Notes under the pieces: model-generated | What the model saw: the letters and a program-made list of their open reading frames with translations, nothing else | The model's database searches: none | What the model was told of the DNA's origin: nothing | Made by a program: the position numbers and the translations under genes | Assembly: GCF_000172995.2 (NCBI RefSeq) | Contig: NC_014729.1 | Location: forward strand, 1,080,001-1,112,000 | Direction of reading: 5' to 3' | From: Halogeometricum borinquense DSM 11551 | Lineage (GTDB): Archaea; Halobacteriota; Halobacteria; Halobacteriales; Haloferacaceae | DNA length: 32,000 nucleotides | Part shown: positions 15,984 through 25,602 of the stretch, piece after piece | How the letters are laid out: every line of letters starts with the position of its first letter | How positions within the stretch are numbered: the stretch's first letter is position 1

Positions 15984-17129
15984 TCAGTCGAGGACGCCGC
16001 GAGCGATGACTTCCTTTTGAATTTCGCTCGTTCCCTCGTAGATGGTCGTGATCTTCGAGTCGCGGTACATCCGCTCTACCTCGAAGTCCGTCGTGTAGCC
16101 GTATCCGCCGTGTATCTGGACCGCTTCGTTGGTTACGTCCACGGCCGCCTCGCTGGCGAAGTACTTGGCCATCGACGCCGCGATGCGCGGGTCCTCGCCC
16201 GCGTCGTCCTGCCGTGCGGCCTCGCGGACCATCAGGCGGGAGGCGTGGATTTGCGTCGCCATCTCGGAGAACTTGTGCCGGACGGCTTGGATGTCGGAAA
16301 TCGGGCCGCCGAACTGTTCTCGGTCGTGGGCGTACTCGCGCGCCTCGTCAAACGCTGACTGCGCGAGGCCGACCGCCTGCGCGGCGATTCCCATCCGCCC
16401 GCCGGTGAGAATGCGGAACGCCGCAGAGAGACCCTTCCCCTCCTCGGTGAGTCGGTTCTCCGCCGGAATGTGAACGTCGTCGAAGATGAGCGAGGTCGTG
16501 TCGGAAGCGCGGAGACCGAGTTTGTGTTCCTTCTTTCCGACTTCGATGCCCGCGTCCTTGGGAACGAGGAACTGCGTGACCGACGAGGGGTCGTCGGGAT
16601 CCGTCTTGGCGAACAGAATACAGACATCGCCGCGCTGGCCGTTCGTTATCCACTGTTTCTTGCCGTTTATCACGTACTCGTCGCCCTCACGGCGTGCGAC
16701 AGTAGACATCTCTGCGGGGTTCGATCCGGCGTCAGGTTCCGACAGTGCGAACATCCCGACGGGCCGACCGCGAGCCATCTCGGGCAACCACGCCTCTTTC
16801 TGTTCGTCGCTCCCGAATTTGGCGATACATGAGGTGGCGAGACAGTGTACCGACAGGGCAGTCGCCACGGCAAGTTGGCCGTAGGCGACCTGTTCGTTGA
16901 CGACGGTGTACGTCATCCGGTCGGCGTCGAAGCCACCGTACTCCTCGGGGACAGTCAGGCCCGTCAGATCGAGTTCAGCGAGGCCGTCCCAGACATCCTC
17001 GGGGAACGATTCCGTCTCGTCCGCCTCGCGCGCCGTCGGACGAATCTCCTCGACGGCAAACTCTCGAACTACGTCGCGAATCGCCCGTTGCTCGTCGGTG
17101 AGTGCCGAACCGGCGTCTGCAATTTCCAT
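15984..17129 (-). CDS. Acyl-CoA dehydrogenase.
   Basis: 381 aa with the typical ACAD architecture and motifs (LSEPDAGSN, ...IHGGYGYT..., IYEGTSEIQ). Confidence 0.93.
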   Translation of the reverse strand: MEIADAGSALTDEQRAIRDVVREFAVEEIRPTAREADETESFPEDVWDGLAELDLTGLTVPEEYGGFDADRMTYTVVNEQVAYGQLAVATALSVHCLATSCIAKFGSDEQKEAWLPEMARGRPVGMFALSEPDAGSNPAEMSTVARREGDEYVINGKKQWITNGQRGDVCILFAKTDPDDPSSVTQFLVPKDAGIEVGKKEHKLGLRASDTTSLIFDDVHIPAENRLTEEGKGLSAAFRILTGGRMGIAAQAVGLAQSAFDEAREYAHDREQFGGPISDIQAVRHKFSEMATQIHASRLMVREAARQDDAGEDPRIAASMAKYFASEAAVDVTNEAVQIHGGYGYTTDFEVERMYRDSKITTIYEGTSEIQKEVIARGVLD

Positions 17130-17226
17130 ACCTCACGGTCGCATCTGTGATGGAAAAAGGTGATCGAATTGGCGCGGTGAGACACGTGCGATCATTACCC
17201 ACTCCTTCGGTGCGATAACCGGCGGC

Positions 17227-18429
17227 TCAGGCGTCTTTGAGGAACGACGTCACGTCCGCCGGATCGGCGTCGAGGCCGCCGCCCTGTGCGAACGTCGCGC
17301 CGCCGCCGCCACCGCCACCGAACTCGTCGGTCGCCCGACTCACTACGTCACCGGCATCGACACCGCTGTCGGACCCGGCGGCGACGACGAGATACGGTCG
17401 CTCTCCCGCGCCAACGGCGGCCACCACGTCCGTCTCATTCTCGTCTCTGACGACATCTTTCGCTGCTTCCCCCGCGTCGTTGCTGTCGAAGCCGTCGATG
17501 ACACCGACGTGCCACTGCGCGCCGTTCTTCGCCAGCGTTTCGAACTCCGTGATACGCTCTGTGAGAAGTTCAGACTCCAGTTTCCGTCGTTCCGCTTCGA
17601 TCGACTGTTTCTCAGCCCGCAGGGATGCCGCTGCCTCAGCGGTGTCGTCAACCGACGTTTCGAGTTCGCATGCGGTGTCGAGGGCGGCGCGGTGGACCGT
17701 CGCGCGTCGGTCGATGCCGGTCGGGCCGACCGCGAATTCGACGCGGGTGAGCCCCTCGCCGGGGTTCGAGCGGCCGAGAACGGTGACAGGGCCGATTTCG
17801 AGCGTGTTCGAGACGTGTGTGCCGCCGCAAGCGGCCACGTCCCAGTCCTCGACGGTGACGAGGCGTATCGTATCAGAATCGCCCATCACGCCCTCTTCGG
17901 TCTTCGTGTTGAATGCCACGTCGTCCCGTTCGAACGCCTCCTCAGCGGGGACTTCCTCCCACGAGACGGGGCGGGCATCCCACACCGCGCGGTTGACCAG
18001 TCGTTCGAGTTCGACTAGCACCTCGTCGTCGATCTCCGTTGTGGTGACGAAGTCCACGCGTACCTTCTCGGGCGAGATGTCGAACCCGCCGTAGCCGAGG
18101 TCCGAGAGGATGCGTCGTCCCGCGCCGTAGAGAACGTGGCTCGCCGTGTGCGCGCGCATGCAGTACGTCCGGAAGTCGTCGTCGATGACGCCGGTGATCG
18201 TCTCGCCCTCGTCGAAGTCGGGGGCAGACGCCAGCGTGTGAACCACGTTCCCATCAACCTTCTGTACGTCATCGAGAGGGATCCCACCGAGTGTTCCCCT
18301 ATCGGCGGGTTGGCCGCCGCTCTCGGCGTAGAAGTACGTCTGATCGAGTGTCACGTCGCGGCCGTCCACGCTCGTCGCCGCGGCGTCGAACTCACGGACG
18401 GTCGGCTCCTCAGGGGCACGCGTTAACAT
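17227..18429 (-). CDS. alaX: Alanyl-tRNA editing protein AlaX (long form with a DHHA1-like C-terminus).
   Basis: 400 aa. Zinc/editing motifs HTASHVL and CGGTHV, with a C-terminal GGGGGGATFAQGGG segment. Confidence 0.85.
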   Translation of the reverse strand: MLTRAPEEPTVREFDAAATSVDGRDVTLDQTYFYAESGGQPADRGTLGGIPLDDVQKVDGNVVHTLASAPDFDEGETITGVIDDDFRTYCMRAHTASHVLYGAGRRILSDLGYGGFDISPEKVRVDFVTTTEIDDEVLVELERLVNRAVWDARPVSWEEVPAEEAFERDDVAFNTKTEEGVMGDSDTIRLVTVEDWDVAACGGTHVSNTLEIGPVTVLGRSNPGEGLTRVEFAVGPTGIDRRATVHRAALDTACELETSVDDTAEAAASLRAEKQSIEAERRKLESELLTERITEFETLAKNGAQWHVGVIDGFDSNDAGEAAKDVVRDENETDVVAAVGAGERPYLVVAAGSDSGVDAGDVVSRATDEFGGGGGGGATFAQGGGLDADPADVTSFLKDA

Positions 18430-18504
18430 GGATTGTGGTGGGCGGTCGTCCGATAAAAAGGGTGCCGTCCCAGCACGGCCAGACGGACGGTTGTCGCGTC
18501 CGTA

Positions 18505-19023
18505 TTATTCGTCTACGAGCGTCACGTCCAGTTTCTCTTCGATAGCGCGGACGAGCGACCCGCCGACACCCGCGCGCGTCGCACGTCCCTGTTCGACGGC
18601 GTCGATATCCGATTCGTCGGCGTCGAGTTCAGCGGCGAGTTCTTCGACGGTCAGACCGGCGTCCTGCCGCGCCGTCGCAACCACATCGCCGTAGTCGGAG
18701 ACGAGATACGGTAGTCGGTCCTTCTCGTAGTTCGTTCCCTCTCGCTCCCAGTGCTTCGAGTCGCCCTTCGCTTGGTCGTACATCTTCGCTTGGCGCTGGG
18801 CGGCCCGCTTCTTTCGACTTGGTTCGCTGTCCGACGTATCGCTACTGGACGACCCACCCGTCCCTTCGTGCTTGGAGTCGTCGTGCGGTGCGCAGTCCGG
18901 GCAGACGAGCAAGTTCGCACCGGCGACGTTAGCGCGGCGAAGTTTCGGCGACGAACGGCCGCAGAGTTCGCAACTGTCGGCATCTCCCCCACCACCCCCG
19001 CTTCCGGTCGAGTATTTGGGCAT
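18505..19023 (-). CDS. Archaeal MBF1-type transcription factor (N-terminal zinc ribbon plus a C-terminal XRE helix-turn-helix).
   Basis: 172 aa with CELCG...CPDC near the N-terminus and an HTH-like C-terminal segment. Confidence 0.8.
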   Translation of the reverse strand: MPKYSTGSGGGGGDADSCELCGRSSPKLRRANVAGANLLVCPDCAPHDDSKHEGTGGSSSSDTSDSEPSRKKRAAQRQAKMYDQAKGDSKHWEREGTNYEKDRLPYLVSDYGDVVATARQDAGLTVEELAAELDADESDIDAVEQGRATRAGVGGSLVRAIEEKLDVTLVDE

Positions 19024-19045
19024 ACCCCCTCTTACCGCCTCTACC

Positions 19046-19055
19046 TTTTTAAAAT
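19046..19055 (-). promoter_or_regulatory. TATA box for the MBF1 gene (leaderless).
   Basis: The minus strand reads ATTTTAAAAA, centred about 27 nt upstream of ATG 19023. Confidence 0.5.
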
Positions 19056-19148
19056 CGCGGCACCAGTCGGGGGTTCGAGGTGGATACGTCCCCAGTCCAT
19101 GGAGCGGAAACGCTGTGCTTCCCTCGCCAGAAGTGGCACCGGAGAAAC

Positions 19149-19155
19149 ATTTTTG
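19149..19155 (+). promoter_or_regulatory. TATA-like box for the GrpB gene (leaderless).
   Basis: ATTTTTG is centred about 28 nt upstream of ATG 19180. Confidence 0.4.
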
Positions 19156-19179
19156 TGAACTGAATTTCTTGGCTTACTG

Positions 19180-19725
19180 ATGGACGAGACGCCGATCACG
19201 ATTGCAGAGTACAACCCGGAATGGCCCGACATATTCGAGCGCGAGCGACAGCGACTTGCGTCAGTTTTAGACGAGTACACCGCTCGAATCGAACACATCG
19301 GAAGTACGTCGGTACCGGGGCTGGCTGCGAAACCAATCATCGACATTACGGCCGTTGTAACGGATATTGACGGCTGTTGGGGTGATTTGGACAAACTCAG
19401 CGCCGTCTTCGGCTACGAGTTGAGTTCCATCCCTTCCGATTGGCTGTTCGTGCAGCGAACTGACGAGAGCGGTCAACTGTACAATCTCCATCTCATCAGC
19501 GCTGCGGACGACCAGTGGAAACAGGACCTTCTCTTCCGCGAGTATCTACGGACGTATCCGGATGTTCGAGACGAGTACGCGTCCGTAAAGCGTTCGGCGG
19601 CCGAATCGAATCCGAACGACATCACCGCGTACACCCACTCGAAAAACGAGTTCTGTCAGTCCGTTCTCGAACGAGCGCGCGCGGATGACACTATCGAGGT
19701 CCCGGGCGTGATTCCTGAGGTCTGA
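19180..19725 (+). CDS. GrpB family protein (UPF0157, nucleotidyltransferase-fold).
   Basis: 181 aa with EYNPEWPDIFERE...IEHIGSTSVPGLAAKPIIDI, the hallmark of the family. Confidence 0.85.
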   Translation: MDETPITIAEYNPEWPDIFERERQRLASVLDEYTARIEHIGSTSVPGLAAKPIIDITAVVTDIDGCWGDLDKLSAVFGYELSSIPSDWLFVQRTDESGQLYNLHLISAADDQWKQDLLFREYLRTYPDVRDEYASVKRSAAESNPNDITAYTHSKNEFCQSVLERARADDTIEVPGVIPEV

Positions 19726-19880
19726 TACAGACAGTCGTTTGTCTCGGGAGTCACCGTTCGAGAGAAACGAACCCCGAAGAAGGCTCTCCGGAGTTAGCGT
19801 CGGAAAGGATTGTGCGTGGGTGATGTCCCGAAAGGGAGATCACCTGCATCGTGTGGTGGTTTGTTGGACCACCTGTGCGA

Positions 19881-19965
19881 TGCGTGGGACCGGATTTGAA
19901 CCGGCGGACTCCTACGAGACAGCGCCCTCAACGCTGCGCCGTTGGCCTGGCTTGGCTACCCACGC
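19881..19965 (-). tRNA. tRNA-Leu, anticodon GAG (type II, long variable arm). CCA is not encoded.
   Basis: The reverse complement folds by hand. Acceptor stem GCGTGGG/CCCACGC with discriminator A. Anticodon stem CAGCG/CGCTG with loop TTGAGGG. Variable arm CTC-GTAG-GAG. T arm GCCGG-TTCAAAT-CCGGT. Confidence 0.9.
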
Positions 19966-20098
19966 TCGCTGCGTCTTGTTGCACTCAATCGTTGTTCGGG
20001 GTAATTTAAATGAGTTTCCTTTCGACGGTGACGTGTCGGCCGTTCGCAGACAGCATTCGTTCGGCATTGTTTTGCTCGTCCGGCCGTCTCGTTTCGAT

Positions 20099-20662
20099 AT
20101 GGCATTTCGCGTTCGAGACAACGTCCCCGGTGTGGCGGCCGCACTAAGCGTCGTCTCACTTGCACTCGTCTTCGGTGCGGTTCTCGGATACATTCCGGCG
20201 TCATTGCTCCCGCACGTTTCGGAGAGTGCCCTCGACCTCATCCCACACGTTAACGCCGTTCTGAGTACGACAGCAATCGTCACTATCGTCTTGGGCGTGC
20301 GCGCTATTCGGCGCGGCAACGTGGCCCGACACCGTGCGCTGATGCTCAGTACGCTCGGACTGTTCATCGGGTTCCTTGTCCTTTATCTCTACAGGTTAAC
20401 CATCCTCGAAGGACCCACGGAGTTCCCCAGTCAGGGGGTGGTGTACCAGTTCGTTTACCTCCCGACGCTGGCCGTCCACATCCTCCTTGCTATCGTCTGC
20501 ATCCCGCTTCTGTACTACGTCCTCCTCTTGGCCGTCACCCGGCCCATCGAGGAGATCTACGAGACGCGGCACAAGACGGTCGGACGGGTGGCGGCGTCGC
20601 TGTGGTTGGTCTCGTTCGTCCTCGGCGACGTAGTGTACACGCTCTTGCACCTCGTCAACTGA
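20099..20662 (+). CDS. DUF420 family membrane protein.
   Basis: 187 aa from ATG 20099 (MAFRVRDN...), with four hydrophobic helices and the conserved HR.LM segment (ARHRALML). The upstream part of track ORF 19739..20662 overlaps the tRNA and is not coding. Confidence 0.75.
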   Translation: MAFRVRDNVPGVAAALSVVSLALVFGAVLGYIPASLLPHVSESALDLIPHVNAVLSTTAIVTIVLGVRAIRRGNVARHRALMLSTLGLFIGFLVLYLYRLTILEGPTEFPSQGVVYQFVYLPTLAVHILLAIVCIPLLYYVLLLAVTRPIEEIYETRHKTVGRVAASLWLVSFVLGDVVYTLLHLVN

Positions 20663-20733
20663 TCTGGGCTCGGCGATTCGGGCGAGGGTTCGGCCGGGGG
20701 GTAATTCCCACATAGTTGCAATTGCCTTTGTTG

Positions 20734-20743
20734 TTTTTTCATA
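20734..20743 (+). promoter_or_regulatory. T-rich tract acting as a TATA box for the multicopper oxidase gene and/or an oligo-T terminator for the DUF420 gene.
   Basis: TTTTTTCATA is centred about 30 nt upstream of ATG 20769 and about 75 nt downstream of the DUF420 stop. Confidence 0.4.
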
Positions 20744-20768
20744 CCTGTCCCTACGACCAACTGTAGTT

Positions 20769-21911
20769 ATGAGACGAATGGGCGCTCCCGGTACTGGATT
20801 GTCGCGTCGTGAATTTCTGAAGGCCACCGGTGTGGCAGGACTCTCCGCGAGTGCGGGCTGTACCGCACCCTCGGCCGAGCAACCAGCGGCGAATACGCAG
20901 ACGACGACGGCGGCGGCGTCCTCGTCGCTCCCGACCACCGCTCCACCGCAGGTGGTGGATGTCGAAGATCAAGGCGGGTCGGTGACGCTGAAAACCAAAC
21001 CCGCACGTCACGAAGTTCACCCGCTCGACTCGATGGGTGGACCTGTCGAACTCCCGAAGGTGTGGGCATTTCAAGCGGACGACCGGCCGCCGTCCGTCCC
21101 CGCACCGATACTCCGGACAACCGAAGGCGAGGATATGGAAGTCGTCCTCGACAACACGCAGGGCAAGCGGCCACACACGGTACACTTCCACGGCGTCCAG
21201 AAGGCGTGGAAGGACGACGGCGTTCCGACGACGACGGGAATCACCGTCAAGCCCGGTGAGAAACACACGTATACGATTCCGGCGAACGTGCCGGGCACGC
21301 ACATCTACCACTGCCACTTCCAGACGCACCGCCACATCGACATGGGGATGTACGGTATCTTCCGTGTCGATCCCAAGGGGTACGAACCGGCCGACAAGGA
21401 GTACTTCATGACGCTCAAAGAGTGGGACTCCCGACTCAACCGCATGATGGCGGGCGAGGACATGTCCTACTCGCCGCGGAACCGCAACCCCGATGTGTTC
21501 ACCATCAACGGGAAGAGTGCGCCGCGGACGCTCCACCCTGAAGACGGGTCGCCAATCATCGTGTCGCAGGGCGACACCGTTCGCCTGCACCTCGTCAACG
21601 GCGGCTACATGAGCCACCCGATGCACATTCACAACCACCGCTTCCAGCGCGTGGAGAAGGACGGCGGGACGGTTCCGAAGGCCGCTCGGCACGATATGGA
21701 CGTGACCAACATCGCACCTGCCGAGCGTCACACCATCGAGTTCACCGCGAACTCCGACCCCGGCATCTATCTCATGCACTGCCACAAGGTCAACCACGTG
21801 ATGAACGGGAACTTCTACCCCGGCGGGATGCTCTCCGGCGTCGTCTACGAAGAGGCGATGGACACGGACATCTTTGCGACGTTGATGGATTACGCCGGAT
21901 ACAAAGGCTGA
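20769..21911 (+). CDS. Multicopper oxidase domain protein, a Tat-exported lipoprotein.
   Basis: 380 aa. Twin-arginine signal SRREFLKATGVAGLSASAGC with a lipobox Cys. Copper motifs HCHFQTHRHIDMGM and HCHKVNHVMNG. Confidence 0.85.
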   Translation: MRRMGAPGTGLSRREFLKATGVAGLSASAGCTAPSAEQPAANTQTTTAAASSSLPTTAPPQVVDVEDQGGSVTLKTKPARHEVHPLDSMGGPVELPKVWAFQADDRPPSVPAPILRTTEGEDMEVVLDNTQGKRPHTVHFHGVQKAWKDDGVPTTTGITVKPGEKHTYTIPANVPGTHIYHCHFQTHRHIDMGMYGIFRVDPKGYEPADKEYFMTLKEWDSRLNRMMAGEDMSYSPRNRNPDVFTINGKSAPRTLHPEDGSPIIVSQGDTVRLHLVNGGYMSHPMHIHNHRFQRVEKDGGTVPKAARHDMDVTNIAPAERHTIEFTANSDPGIYLMHCHKVNHVMNGNFYPGGMLSGVVYEEAMDTDIFATLMDYAGYKG

Positions 21912-21923
21912 ATCGACACTGAC

Positions 21924-21943
21924 GCCGGTCGTCATCGACCGGC
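21924..21943 (+). terminator. Hairpin downstream of the multicopper oxidase gene.
   Basis: Perfect 8-bp stem GCCGGTCG/CGACCGGC with loop TCAT, followed by the T-rich TATTCCTTCTC, 13 nt after the stop. Confidence 0.4.
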
Positions 21944-22145
21944 TATTCCTTCTCACCTGCTTCGACTCGGCGTTGTGAGCGGCGTCGCCGAACAGCGATA
22001 CACGATGACGACCTCCCCGTTAGCGCGTCGTCACTCACTATCGAATCTCAAAAAAGAGCGGTTCGCAGGGAGCGCTATCGCAGGTGGTCTCTCGAACACC
22101 TCGACGTTTCTCGGCGATCAGGCCGTCCGCTCCTTCGGTCCGCCC

Positions 22146-23207
22146 TCAGTCTGACGGATGGCCGTGAGTTCGCTCATCCGTTTCCGGCGGGCAGTCGTCG
22201 TCACCGAGGGCCAGCATCACCGCGACGGCTATCGGTGAAAGGAACGCCCCAAGCAAACTCCCGCCGAACAGCAGTGCCGAGTCGGAGACACCACCGAATG
22301 CGCCGGAATTAGAACTTCCGCCACTGCCACCGGCACCGCCGCCGGCGTCGCCGACGAGGACAACACCTTTCATTCCCATCGACTTGTGCGGTGTGCAGGC
22401 GTATTTGTAGGTACCCGTCTCCTCGAACGCGTGCGAGAAGGAGTGACCGCTCTTGTTGACCATCTCTGACTTGAACGACCCGTCCTCTGCGACGACGTTA
22501 TGCGCGCCGCCCTTCCCGTTCCACTCCCAGACGACGGTCGTTCCGGGATCGACGCGAATCGCGGCCGGACCGAACGCGAAACTCGCACCGTTACCTTTTG
22601 CGCCCACCTCCACTGTGACTTCGTCGTTCCCCGTCCGGTCAACGACGCCGTCGTAGTTGCTCGTGTTCGAAAACCACGATTTGAGAGCGGCGGGTTTCTC
22701 GCCGCCGGATTTCTCCGCCGTCGATTGCGTTGCCGACGACTCACCGCCGACAGCGGCGTCACCGACGACGACGGCACCTTTCATCCCCATCGGCTTGTGC
22801 GGTGTGCAGGCGTACTTCCAGACGCCCGCCTCTTCGAACGTGTGCGAGAAGGTGTGACCGCTCGTTCCGACCATCTCGGATTTGAACGAGCCATCCTCGG
22901 CAACGACGTTGTGACTGCTACCCTTCCCGTTCCATTTCCAGACGACGGTCGTTCCGGGATCGACGCGAACCGCTGCGGGGCCGAAGCCGAAATTACCGCC
23001 GTTCCCCGACGCGCCGACAGTGATGGTCACCTCCGACTGCCCTGTTCGGTCAACGACGCCGTCGTAGTTGCTCGTGTTCGAAAACCACGACGAGAGAGTC
23101 GGAGACTGCGCGCTGACCGTCGAGGACCCCACCCCGAGCGCGGCGGTTGCACCGACACCCACAGCCGTACGTACGACAGCTCGACGAGAGAAGCGGTTCG
23201 TCGTCAT
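22146..23207 (-). CDS. Two-domain halocyanin (tandem type-1 blue copper domains) with a Tat signal and a C-terminal hydrophobic anchor.
   Basis: 353 aa. Signal is RRAVVRTAVGVGATAAL. The module SWFSNTSNYDGVVDRTG...YACTPHK.MGMKG occurs twice. The C-terminus carries a Gly/Ser linker and a TM segment. Confidence 0.88.
   Translation of the reverse strand: MTTNRFSRRAVVRTAVGVGATAALGVGSSTVSAQSPTLSSWFSNTSNYDGVVDRTGQSEVTITVGASGNGGNFGFGPAAVRVDPGTTVVWKWNGKGSSHNVVAEDGSFKSEMVGTSGHTFSHTFEEAGVWKYACTPHKPMGMKGAVVVGDAAVGGESSATQSTAEKSGGEKPAALKSWFSNTSNYDGVVDRTGNDEVTVEVGAKGNGASFAFGPAAIRVDPGTTVVWEWNGKGGAHNVVAEDGSFKSEMVNKSGHSFSHAFEETGTYKYACTPHKSMGMKGVVLVGDAGGGAGGSGGSSNSGAFGGVSDSALLFGGSLLGAFLSPIAVAVMLALGDDDCPPETDERTHGHPSD
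22347..23090. repeat. Intragenic tandem duplication in the halocyanin gene (two units of about 333 bp, period 411 bp).
   Basis: Units 22347-22679 and 22758-23090 align with long identical runs, for example GTCAACGACGCCGTCGTAGTTGCTCGTGTTCGAAAACCACGA in both. Confidence 0.85.
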
Positions 23208-23340
23208 AACGTTCGGATATTGGACTGGTTAGAAAAAGGGGAGACGCAAATTCTCATCGCGTTAGAACAGCGCGAGGCGCGAGTAAGACGGGACGAGAAA
23301 GCGAAAGACGACAGGGATCGAGTGAGCGGAGCGAGTTGAC

Positions 23341-24894
23341 TCAGTCGTCAGCCGGAAGCGTCTCGTCGCTGATAGACGGGCGTTCGACCGACCGGTCGGT
23401 CGGTTCGCCATCGATATCGTAGGGGTACTCGCTCGTGACGCACCCGAGACAAAGGTCCGCACGAGACTCGCCAAGAGCGGCCGCGATGGCATCGATAGAG
23501 AGGTACGAGAGACTGTCCGCACCGATATCGTCGCGTATCTCCTCTGTGGTCTTGTCGGAGGCGATGAGTTCCTCGCGGGTCGCCATGTCGATACCCATGT
23601 AGCAAGGTGCGATGATTGGCGGCGCACCGATACGAACGTGAACCTCCTCGGCACCGGCGTCGCGGACGAGTTGGACGAGTTGGCGCGAGGTGGTGCCGCG
23701 GACGATGCTGTCGTCGATGATGGTGACAGAGCGGCCCTCGATGGTACTTTTGATGGGGTTGAGTTTCAGGCGAACGGCGCGCTCGCGTTCGTCCTGCGTC
23801 GGCATGATGAACGTTCGACCGACGTAGCGGTTCTTCATCAGCCCCTCCGCGAACTCGACGCTATCGTCGCTTTCACGGGGGTCACCGTCTGCCGTGGTTT
23901 CGTTGGCTGCTTCGGCGTAGCCGGTGGCGAACGCGCGTCCGGAATCGGGGACTGGCATCACCACGTCGGACTCGACACCTGACTCCTCCCAGAGCTTCCG
24001 ACCGAGGTCACGACGCGCCTCGTAGACGAGCGTGTCGTCGATGACGGAATCCGGGCGGGCGAAGTAGACGTGTTCGAAAAAGCAGTGGGCGGTGTGCTCC
24101 TGTTCGACGAGTTGGTAGGAGTCGAAGCCGGAGCCGTCGGATTCGAGGACGACGAGTTCACCCGGTCGCACGTCGCGGACGAGGTCTCCGTCGAGGGTAT
24201 CGATGGCCGCAGATTCGCTTGCGACGACGTAGCCGTCGTCAAGTTTTCCGATGCAGAGCGGTCGATTCCCCTGCGGGTCGCGCACCGCAAGCACCGTCTC
24301 GTCGTGCATGATGGTGAGCGAGTACGACCCGTGAATGCGTCCCATCGTATGCTTGACCGCGCGGACGAGGTCCTCTTCGAGCAGATTCCGCGCAAGGTCG
24401 TGGGCGATGACTTCGGTGTCGCCGTCGGACGTGAACGCGTGTCCGAGATCTTCCAGTTCGTCGCGTATCTCGTCGGCGTTGACGAGGTTGCCGTTGTGTG
24501 CGAGGCCGAGTGATCCCGATTTGAACGACACCGAGAACGGTTGGGCACAACAGGAGTCGAGACCGCCGGACGTGGGATAGCGGACGTGCCCGATACCTGT
24601 CGTTCCGGTCAACGAGTCGAGGTCGGACTCACCGAACACGTCACCGACGAGTCCCGTCTCGACGTGGCTGTGCTGTTGGAACCCGTCGTGGGTGACGATA
24701 CCTGCCGACTCCTGTCCGCGATGTTGGAGCGCGTACAGAGAGTAGTACAGCGGTCGCGCGGCGGCGCGGTCCGCGAGCGCGACGCCGACGACGCCGCATT
24801 TCTCGGTCGGTCCCGAGAGGTCGTCGGCCGTCGGTTGCTGTCGGCCCGCGTCGCGTCCGGGTGTGGGGGTCTGAGCGTCCCGCCCGTCTGACAT
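23341..24894 (-). CDS. purF: Amidophosphoribosyltransferase.
   Basis: 517 aa. N-terminal nucleophile context CGVVGV, a glutamine amidotransferase class II domain, and a PRTase motif VTIIDDSIVRGTT. Confidence 0.95.
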   Translation of the reverse strand: MSDGRDAQTPTPGRDAGRQQPTADDLSGPTEKCGVVGVALADRAAARPLYYSLYALQHRGQESAGIVTHDGFQQHSHVETGLVGDVFGESDLDSLTGTTGIGHVRYPTSGGLDSCCAQPFSVSFKSGSLGLAHNGNLVNADEIRDELEDLGHAFTSDGDTEVIAHDLARNLLEEDLVRAVKHTMGRIHGSYSLTIMHDETVLAVRDPQGNRPLCIGKLDDGYVVASESAAIDTLDGDLVRDVRPGELVVLESDGSGFDSYQLVEQEHTAHCFFEHVYFARPDSVIDDTLVYEARRDLGRKLWEESGVESDVVMPVPDSGRAFATGYAEAANETTADGDPRESDDSVEFAEGLMKNRYVGRTFIMPTQDERERAVRLKLNPIKSTIEGRSVTIIDDSIVRGTTSRQLVQLVRDAGAEEVHVRIGAPPIIAPCYMGIDMATREELIASDKTTEEIRDDIGADSLSYLSIDAIAAALGESRADLCLGCVTSEYPYDIDGEPTDRSVERPSISDETLPADD

Positions 24895-25138
24895 ACACGT
24901 TGGTACGAGAGCCGAGGGCTAAAAAACCCGTCCTTGTGCGTTCTTCACCACTTTCTAACCCCAAATATATACACGAACATGTATACTATCATGATCAACC
25001 GAATTATCTGCTCGGCGTCAGGACTCGTGTCTCTGCGGATCGAAAGCGCGGCGCTACTCGGAAACAGCGAAGGCACTGCTGAGAGAGCAGTCGCTCAGGA
25101 ACGAAGAGAGTGGAAGAAGAATCGGTTCGAAGGGGGCG

Positions 25139-25315
25139 TTAGTTGTCGCCCGTCTTCGACTGCCACTCGTAGTCACGGCGTTTGGCGGATTTGCCAAAGC
25201 CGCACGACGAGCAGACTTTCTTGTTCACGTGGTAGGACTTCTCACCGCATCGACGGCACTTCACGTGCGTCGTTTTGTTCTTCTTTCCTTGGCTCGGTGT
25301 TCCGGCTCCCGTCAT
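25139..25315 (-). CDS. rpl37e: 50S ribosomal protein L37e (eL37).
   Basis: Not in the ORF track because it is under 60 aa. Hand translation gives [58 protein letters not shown] (58 aa), with a C-x2-C...C-x2-C zinc ribbon typical of L37e. Confidence 0.9.
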   Translation of the reverse strand: MTGAGTPSQGKKNKTTHVKCRRCGEKSYHVNKKVCSSCGFGKSAKRRDYEWQSKTGDN

Positions 25316-25545
25316 GCTTTGATGGTGACGACGTTATCGCCGCGTATAATCGTTGTGTCTTCAACCGGCGTAACCTCTATCTCGCCGAGAATCGCCTCTT
25401 CCTCGTCAGCTGGCGCTTCGAGGACAACGTTCATATGCTGGTCGTAGCCCGCCAGAGTACCGTAGTACGAACTGCCGTCTTTCAGGTTGACAGTCACGGA
25501 TTCTTCCAGCGAAGCCTCGAGTACGTCGAGGGGTCGTCCGCTCAT
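25312..25545 (-). CDS. lsm: Sm-like archaeal protein (LSm/SmAP).
   Basis: 77 aa from ATG 25543-25545 ([13 protein letters not shown]...[15 protein letters not shown]...[10 protein letters not shown]), carrying Sm1/Sm2 motifs. Its TGA stop overlaps the rpl37e ATG as ATGA. Confidence 0.9.
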   Translation of the reverse strand: MSGRPLDVLEASLEESVTVNLKDGSSYYGTLAGYDQHMNVVLEAPADEEEAILGEIEVTPVEDTTIIRGDNVVTIKA

Positions 25546-25602
25546 GGCAAAGACGCGTCGGGTTTCGGTATTAAATGTGCCGAACACCTGCCCGATACCT
25601 TG

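Noticed and set aside
19739-20098. The N-terminal 120 codons of track ORF 19739..20662.
   Set aside because: They overlap the tRNA-Leu gene on the opposite strand and are not protein-like. The DUF420 protein starts at ATG 20099.
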